Positions 58,179 through 64,000 of a stretch of DNA of 64,000 nucleotides are shown piece after piece; position 1 is the stretch's first letter; every line of letters starts with the position of its first letter. A model generated the notes under the pieces. The model had not been told where the DNA came from. It did no database searches and worked only from the letters and a program-made list of their open reading frames with translations. Location: contig CBDCTZ010000012.1 in the NCBI GenBank assembly GCA_965222375.1, forward strand, positions 352,001-416,000, written 5' to 3'. The position numbers and the translations under genes are program-made. This stretch comes from Polyangiaceae bacterium (GTDB lineage: Bacteria; Myxococcota_A; Polyangia; Polyangiales; Polyangiaceae).

Positions 58179-60038
58179 TTGCTTCGGAACACTAGGGCGG
58201 TGGGTGCCGCGCTTTGGGCGCTTTGCGCAGTGGTCGGCGCTAGCTGCGGCTCCCGGAGCGGGCTCGAATCGGCGAGAGGCAGTGGGGGCGGTGGCAATGC
58301 TGGCGCCGACGCCAGCACGGGTGGCGTGGGCGGCGCTCTGGCTGACGCCGGCTCGGACGCAGCGGCGCCTAGTTGCGTGCTGTCGAGTGCGGGAGAGTCG
58401 GTGACTCTGATGGAGCTTCCGAATCAGAATCTGAACACGCCGTCGGCCATCGTGATGAATGCTGGCAGCGCGGCGCAGCCGGCGCGCCTGGCATTGCAGG
58501 CCCTGGCGGCGGGCGATTCGAGCGGAGAGCATTCGAACATCAAGCTGGTGCGACTCGCCATTGGAGAGCCCTGGCCGAGCGGCGTCGCGGTGGAGACGGA
58601 GCCGCTGCAGATCGGTCCGGAAGCTCATAGCTGGGGCAATTGGGTCGCTGCACCGGGCGGGCGGCCCGAGGCCGCGCTGGCGTGGCATAGTGACCCCGGC
58701 AACGTCGGGCGGGCGGCGTTTCGCCTCTTCGACACGCAGAGCTGGACCGCCAAGGACGTGGTCGATCTCGACTTGGATGGATCGACAGTCTTGGGCCTTG
58801 CGGCAGGCAAGGGCGCCGGCGCGTTCGGTGTCGGCTATTCAGGAGACGGCTACGGAATCACCTGGCGCAAGGGCACTGAAGACAAGAAGTTCGTTTCCGT
58901 CGTGGCAGTGCTCGACCACCAGGGCGGCGTCCAACTGGGACCTCACGCGGTCGCTCCGCCAAGCGACTCGACGGGTTCGTCACCCGACGTCGTCTGGACC
59001 GGCAACGAATACTGGATGACGACCTCTTTTGGCACCTGCGCCGCGCCGCATCCGTTGTGTGCCGACACTTCGGTGGTCGTGTCACGACTGCGACCGGCGA
59101 GCGGCAGCGCCGAGGACGATAGCGGAGTGGACGCGATCCTCGAGATCCCCGCGCTATCGGGGTTTCTGCCCTTGCGCGCAAGTGCCGCGGCGCGCGGGGG
59201 GGACGTGTACGTGGCGTGGCGGGAGGAATACGGGGGAGGTGCGGCCATCCCGGGCCACGTCCGACTCGCACGGCTGACCCAGCAAGGTCAGCTCGTCGGC
59301 GAACCGCTCCGCTTCAATCCGTCCGATGAGTCCTACGGGCCCGTATCTGTGATGGTCAGCGACGCGGGCGTCACCGTACTGGCCGCCGAGGGAGGCGATC
59401 CGAACGTGCCCTACAAAGAGCTTGGGCATCATCAGATCCGGGTGCATCACTTTCGCCGCGACCTCACTCCGCTCGCATCGGTCGTGGTGCCGGCAACGCA
59501 AGTGGCTTCCGCGTGGCCGAGTGCTGTCTACCTGGAGCATCCGCAGAGTTTGCTCGTGGTGTGGTCCGGTCAACGAATCGGGCCGGGGCCAGCCGTCGTG
59601 TGGGGCGCCCGCCTCGATTGCGACGCGACGCCGCCTCTCCCTGACGCAGGATCGGCGCAATACAGCGCAGAGGTGGATCTCACCGGGGCCCTCGACCGCG
59701 TGCGCATCATGAAACGCGATCCCGTGCGCGACCTGTGCATTCGGGTCTTTCTCGCGCATGCGTCGGGCGGCGAGCCCTATGCCGCAACCGTCCCCGGAAA
59801 GTGGGGTATCGAAGGGATCAACGTGGCCAAGGGAGCGGAGACGTGTCCCATCTCCAAGTGGGAAGGTGTGCAGGCCTCCGCGGCCGCGGGCAGTTTGTCG
59901 TGGGATCCTCCGGATAGCTTGCCTTGCTTCATCGACGCGAACTTGATCTTGTCGTTCCCCCAGAGCCAGAGCTGGGTGCCAGCAACGGATACGTTTTCAG
60001 CCAAGGGGATCCCGGTCGAGGGCGCCTGTCCGCCCTGA
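58179..60038 (+). CDS. Hypothetical lipoprotein (beta-propeller-like)
   Basis: Signal ending GASC-GSRSGL, Gly linker, repeated beta motifs (YGITW, VVWTG, VYVAW, LLVVW). Confidence 0.75.
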   Translation: MLRNTRAVGAALWALCAVVGASCGSRSGLESARGSGGGGNAGADASTGGVGGALADAGSDAAAPSCVLSSAGESVTLMELPNQNLNTPSAIVMNAGSAAQPARLALQALAAGDSSGEHSNIKLVRLAIGEPWPSGVAVETEPLQIGPEAHSWGNWVAAPGGRPEAALAWHSDPGNVGRAAFRLFDTQSWTAKDVVDLDLDGSTVLGLAAGKGAGAFGVGYSGDGYGITWRKGTEDKKFVSVVAVLDHQGGVQLGPHAVAPPSDSTGSSPDVVWTGNEYWMTTSFGTCAAPHPLCADTSVVVSRLRPASGSAEDDSGVDAILEIPALSGFLPLRASAAARGGDVYVAWREEYGGGAAIPGHVRLARLTQQGQLVGEPLRFNPSDESYGPVSVMVSDAGVTVLAAEGGDPNVPYKELGHHQIRVHHFRRDLTPLASVVVPATQVASAWPSAVYLEHPQSLLVVWSGQRIGPGPAVVWGARLDCDATPPLPDAGSAQYSAEVDLTGALDRVRIMKRDPVRDLCIRVFLAHASGGEPYAATVPGKWGIEGINVAKGAETCPISKWEGVQASAAAGSLSWDPPDSLPCFIDANLILSFPQSQSWVPATDTFSAKGIPVEGACPP

Positions 60039-60086
60039 GTTCAGGGCGCGCCAGGTTCTGGCATTCAACGGGATGGCAAAGGCCAT

Positions 60087-63000
60087 CTATGGGTTGCTGA
60101 ACAGAAGCCGGGCAGCGTCGGTCCGACCCCTGCGCCTGGGACGGCGTCGCGCCAGGCCGAGCACGGCGGCTAGGAGCCACCATGCCGGGTTCGACGGATT
60201 GGGGGCGGTTCGACAGCTGCAGCCACCGTCGTCCTCGCTGCTGGGCGCCGCTCCACTTGTGCCCGCTGCGCCCGCGTCGCCACCGGTCGATGCGCCAGCA
60301 GAGCCGCCGCTGGCACCGCCGCTGCCGACAGCTCCTCCCGTGAACGCGCCGGCGCTGCCCGCGGTGCCGGCTGCACCCCCGGTGAACGCGCCGCTGCTGC
60401 CCGCGGTGCCGCTTGCGCCACTGGTTCCAGCAGCTCCCCCAGTCGCTGCGCCACTACTTCCTGCCGCGCCCGCATGGCCACCTGTTGCGCCAATGCCACC
60501 GCTGCCACCCGTGGCGCTGGCACCTCCCGTGGCGCCCGTCCCACCGCTTGCGCCGAGGCCGCCCGTTGCACCAATGCCGCCCGTCGCACCAATGCCGCCC
60601 GTCGCGCCGATGCCGCCTGTTGCACTAATGCCACCCGTCGCGCTCGTGCCACCCGTGCCGCTCGTGCCACCCGTTCCTGTGGGCACGCAATTGCCGCCGA
60701 TGCAGGTGCCGCCGCTGCACGGCGAGTTATCGGGTTTCGCCGGATTCGAGCACAGGCCTGTCGACGGATCGCAGACGCCCGCGACGTGACACTGATCGAG
60801 GGGGCTACAGATCACGTGGCTCGCCGAGGTGCAGACGCCGCTCTGGCAGGTGTCCGTGAGCGTACAGGCGTTGTTGTCAGAGCAGGACGAACCGTCGCCT
60901 TTGAGCGGGTTCGTGCAGATCCCCGTGCTGGGGTTGCACACGCCGGCAACATGGCATTGGTCGAGGGGTGTGCAGGGCACGACGTTTCCGACACACACGC
61001 CATTGGCACACTTGTCGTCAGTGGTGCACAGGCTGCCGTCGTTACACGGAGCACCATTCGAGCCAGCTGGCGCGCAAGGGTCCGCGACCGAGCCCCAGAC
61101 GCCCTGCGCCATCAAAATTGGTGCTGCGCCCGGGACGTTCTTGTTGTGGTCCCACAGCTGCCAGATCGTATCGCCCCAGGCTTTGAGTCGCGAGAAGAAG
61201 GGATCGGTCTGAGCAATGTATGCCTGCGTCTCTCCCGAGGGAGTGGGTGACGCGAGGGTGGTCGCACCGGTGCCCTTGATTTCGTCGCGAAGGAATTCGA
61301 CGTATTCGCGACTCGTCGACTGGTAGTACAGGCTGACCTCGACCCCATCGAGGTTCATAGGCAGCGTCAGCGCGACGTCGTCGTAGCCGCCAGCATACTC
61401 GGCGGCACTGAAGTAGCTCGGCGTAGAAACCCCGGCGACGACGGGCTCGACCAGTCGCGCCGTGGCCTGGGCGATACGGAAGCCGCGCGGCGGGATGCGG
61501 TTGTCTTTGGCGCGGCCGGTTGCCAAGGCGAAGTGGAAGGTGTGGCTCTCGCCGGTCAGCGAACTCGAGAGCTTGGCCTCGTACACCAACGCGTCGAGGT
61601 ACTGTTCCCCGCTTGCTAGCGGTGGGCTGTTGGGCGAGCCAGGTAGCCCCTTCAGCGTCGCTGCCGTGGTGTCGTACGGGTTTATGGCTGCTACGACACT
61701 GCCTCCGATGTAGCTTCGCACGCTCACGAACATGCGCCGGCCTTCGGGGTAGCCGGAGATCAACTTGTGGCCGGTGTGATTTCGAATTCGGAACGCGAGC
61801 GCTCCCGTTGCAGCGGTGTAGGTCACGTTTTCGATGCTCGCCGCACGCTGCAAATTCTGAGTGGCGCGCACGATCCCGGCCAAGAGCGCAGGCGGATCCG
61901 GCGGCTGCCCCGCTGTCATGTTCAGCGTGAGCACATTGACTCCCTGATTCAGCAGCTGCGCGTTGGTCGCGTCGTAGTTGCTCGAGCCCGAGACGGCGCT
62001 AGCCAGGAGCCAAGGCATCAAGGTGTTGCCGCCGGTCAGGTCGTGCAAGGGTTGCCCGCTCCTTGGGTGCTCTTGACTTCCGGTGGGACGGATGGGCGTG
62101 CCCGACTTGTCGCAGCCTGCGCCCACCGTGTCCGGCATGTGGCAATCCTGGCAGGTCGCGATGTTGTTGTTCGGACGCGAGGTCGTGAACACGCTTGGCG
62201 CGAAGGCACCGCTGCCGGGCGCTCCGGCGCCAATGCCGAAGTCGCTCAACATGAACTCGCTGAAGGTGCGCTCCACGTGGCCGTAGGCGTATGCGGATCG
62301 CTGCTCGCTCGGCAGCACCGTCGTGCCGTTGCCGGGGGGGGTATTGGCGAAAGCCAGATTCTCAAGGACTGGATTCGAGACGTCGTGGCACACGCCGCAC
62401 ATGTAGCGGCTCTTGTTGTAGCGACTGTAGAGGCGTCCGTGTTTTTCGTTTGTGTCCGCAAATGAGCCGCGCTTGTCGTTGACGGCGCTGAACACGAATT
62501 GTCCGCCAGCGTTTTCATTCCACGCTGCGATGATCGGTAGCCAACTGGTCTTGTTGTACAGCGCATTGCCATTGAAGAACGCCAGCGGGTTGACCTCGAC
62601 TCGGTCGGCTAAGCGCGTCGTCTGCGCTTCCGTGGAGGAAGGCCGCGCGGTCGAGTTCGTCTCGTCCCAATAGCCGAGCCAGTCGTTGCCCTCGCGGATG
62701 CCTGCGAAGGTCTGCTCGAAGAAGGGATTGACCTGGCGGTGACAGCTGTCGCAGCTGATGCCGTCGAAGTCGCCGCCAGCCAAGGCCGTCCCGTTGGGTG
62801 GATCAGATCGCCCGCCCAGCCATCCAGGTGGCGTGTGGCAGCGCAAACACAGATCACCGGCGTTCGGGTTGCCTAACGCCCAAATCGAGTCTTGCAGCGC
62901 AACGGCGAAGGTCGCTAGGAAGATCGGATCCCGCATCGCCTGCGACATCATCGAGCCACGCCAATGGGTGCCGATGTCGACCTTTGGGTCGTAGCCGTCG

Positions 63001-63191
63001 TGACAGTTCTGGCACTTGTTGGCGTTCTCGAGCACCACCCCCTGCGCCGGCTGCGTCCCAGGCATGCGTACCAGGGGATCCGAGGCCACTGTTTTCGGTG
63101 TCCAAGCCAGGGACGTGCTGGGTCCGAGGAGCGCAGCACCCAGGATGGTCCCGCTGAGCAGAAGAGCGGCGTTCGGACGCACGTATCCCAT
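60087..63191 (-). CDS. Multiheme (5 CxxCH) cytochrome with Cys-rich repeats, a Gly/Thr stalk and MYXO-CTERM
   Basis: CQNCH, CLRCH, CDSCH, CGVCH, CQDCH; C.DG..CT..D.C repeats; DDGGCSCR + TM + RRR. Start lies between 63182 and 63203. Confidence 0.88.
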   Translation of the reverse strand: MGYVRPNAALLLSGTILGAALLGPSTSLAWTPKTVASDPLVRMPGTQPAQGVVLENANKCQNCHDGYDPKVDIGTHWRGSMMSQAMRDPIFLATFAVALQDSIWALGNPNAGDLCLRCHTPPGWLGGRSDPPNGTALAGGDFDGISCDSCHRQVNPFFEQTFAGIREGNDWLGYWDETNSTARPSSTEAQTTRLADRVEVNPLAFFNGNALYNKTSWLPIIAAWNENAGGQFVFSAVNDKRGSFADTNEKHGRLYSRYNKSRYMCGVCHDVSNPVLENLAFANTPPGNGTTVLPSEQRSAYAYGHVERTFSEFMLSDFGIGAGAPGSGAFAPSVFTTSRPNNNIATCQDCHMPDTVGAGCDKSGTPIRPTGSQEHPRSGQPLHDLTGGNTLMPWLLASAVSGSSNYDATNAQLLNQGVNVLTLNMTAGQPPDPPALLAGIVRATQNLQRAASIENVTYTAATGALAFRIRNHTGHKLISGYPEGRRMFVSVRSYIGGSVVAAINPYDTTAATLKGLPGSPNSPPLASGEQYLDALVYEAKLSSSLTGESHTFHFALATGRAKDNRIPPRGFRIAQATARLVEPVVAGVSTPSYFSAAEYAGGYDDVALTLPMNLDGVEVSLYYQSTSREYVEFLRDEIKGTGATTLASPTPSGETQAYIAQTDPFFSRLKAWGDTIWQLWDHNKNVPGAAPILMAQGVWGSVADPCAPAGSNGAPCNDGSLCTTDDKCANGVCVGNVVPCTPLDQCHVAGVCNPSTGICTNPLKGDGSSCSDNNACTLTDTCQSGVCTSASHVICSPLDQCHVAGVCDPSTGLCSNPAKPDNSPCSGGTCIGGNCVPTGTGGTSGTGGTSATGGISATGGIGATGGIGATGGIGATGGLGASGGTGATGGASATGGSGGIGATGGHAGAAGSSGAATGGAAGTSGASGTAGSSGAFTGGAAGTAGSAGAFTGGAVGSGGASGGSAGASTGGDAGAAGTSGAAPSSEDDGGCSCRTAPNPSNPAWWLLAAVLGLARRRPRRRGRTDAARLLFSNP

Positions 63192-63202
63192 ACCAGGGCG
63201 CA

Positions 63203-63219
63203 AGCATTGTGCGTGCCGC
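63203..63219 (-). promoter_or_regulatory. Possible sigma-54 promoter for the multiheme cytochrome gene
   Basis: Minus-strand CGGCACGCACAATGCT has GG-N10-GC. Confidence 0.45.
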
Positions 63220-63408
63220 GCGTTTCTTCGCGATTTGAGCCTCGGCGACCCGCAATTGCTTCCGGAAGTCCGCCCCGGTCTGCAATCTCTGCACGCAGCC
63301 GCGCTTCAATCGGAGCGACTCCGCCGTGGGGCCGCTCCGCGCCCCGACGCTACGACCCAACACCCACCACGGCAGTCCTCGGTGTCGCGCCCGTGCTACG
63401 CTTCGCGC

Positions 63409-63620
63409 GTGAGTCAGCTTGCCCGGCAGCGCTACACGTTCCGCCAGTCGAGCAACTCAGCCCAGTCAAGCACGAGTTCCTAAACGGTGAGGTTTGGGCG
63501 ATGGCCGGCGGGACCCCGGACCATTCCGCCATCGCCGTGAACATCGCGGCACTTCTGAGCGCGCAGCTGCGAGGTCGCCCGTGTCGCGTGTTGAACTCGG
63601 ATCTGCGAATTCGGGTGGTG
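63409..63620 (+). pseudogene. Uma2 family endonuclease fragment (frameshifted and 3'-truncated)
   Basis: VSQLARQRYTF in one frame, then EQLSPVKHEFLNGEVWAMAGGTPDHSAIAVN..RPCRVLNSDLRIRV in another; the downstream PD-(D/E)xK core is absent. Confidence 0.8.
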
Positions 63621-63868
63621 GGCGGCCGGCAATCGCGGCGCGTCTTGAGGCCGAAAGTGGCTCCAGGCGTCGAGCACGGGCGCGGCTTCCGTTGTTTGGT
63701 TTGTTTTGGATGGGTCATGACTTCCGTCATCGGCAGTTCTTCGCGTTCCCGCCCGGCGCGCCGGGGCCGCGCGGAACGCGATGCGCGTGCAGGGGATGTA
63801 TGCAAAGGTCTCACAAGAGTGAGATGGGCGCGTTGACGCTTCTGCTCTACGCGCGCACTCTGGGTAGC

Positions 63869-64000
63869 ATGGGGACAGCCGATTCGGCGCGCTTGCGTCT
63901 AGGGTTTAGGGGGGGGGTAGCTTTGTCCATTTGCGTAGCCGCGGTGGGCTGCGGGAACAGGGACAGCGAGCCAACGCTTCGAACGACGGACGCTGTTGAA
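63869..64000 (+). CDS. Lipoprotein gene 5' end (runs off the window)
   Basis: MGTADSARLRLGFRGGVALSICVAAVGC lipobox; open to the window end. Confidence 0.5.
   Translation, partial: MGTADSARLRLGFRGGVALSICVAAVGCGNRDSEPTLRTTDAVE

Noticed and set aside
60250..60690. Pro-rich plus-strand ORF 60073-60789 (and the similar minus-strand ORF 2263-2946)
   Set aside because: Antisense reading of Gly-rich linkers in real genes

Overview
GC-rich window that reads as a myxobacterial (Polyangiaceae/Sorangiineae-like) chromosome segment. The grounds are MYXO-CTERM sorting signals, many Gly/Thr-linker Cys-rich lipoproteins, giant TPR proteins and sigma-54 motifs. Positions 1-47 kb are mostly core or semi-core genes: the ftsZ 3' end, a PAS hybrid kinase, a kynureninase-like enzyme, a sigma-54-type di-heme cytochrome operon, ggt, a DUF4013 pair, moaB, a GT4 glycosyltransferase, DUF971, rpsU, alpha-2-macroglobulin plus pbpC, a TPR/parvulin/zinc-ribbon/CobW cluster, and dnaG-rpoD. 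Positions 47-64 kb are accessory: secreted and lipoprotein genes, two MYXO-CTERM surface proteins (one a pentaheme cytochrome), several pseudogene fragments, a structured REP/MITE-like element, a perfect AT-rich 18-bp inverted repeat, and a membrane protein resembling a degenerate MreB N-terminal half. I saw no CRISPR array, rRNA, tRNA or intact transposase. All family calls come from motif recognition by eye; no searches were run.
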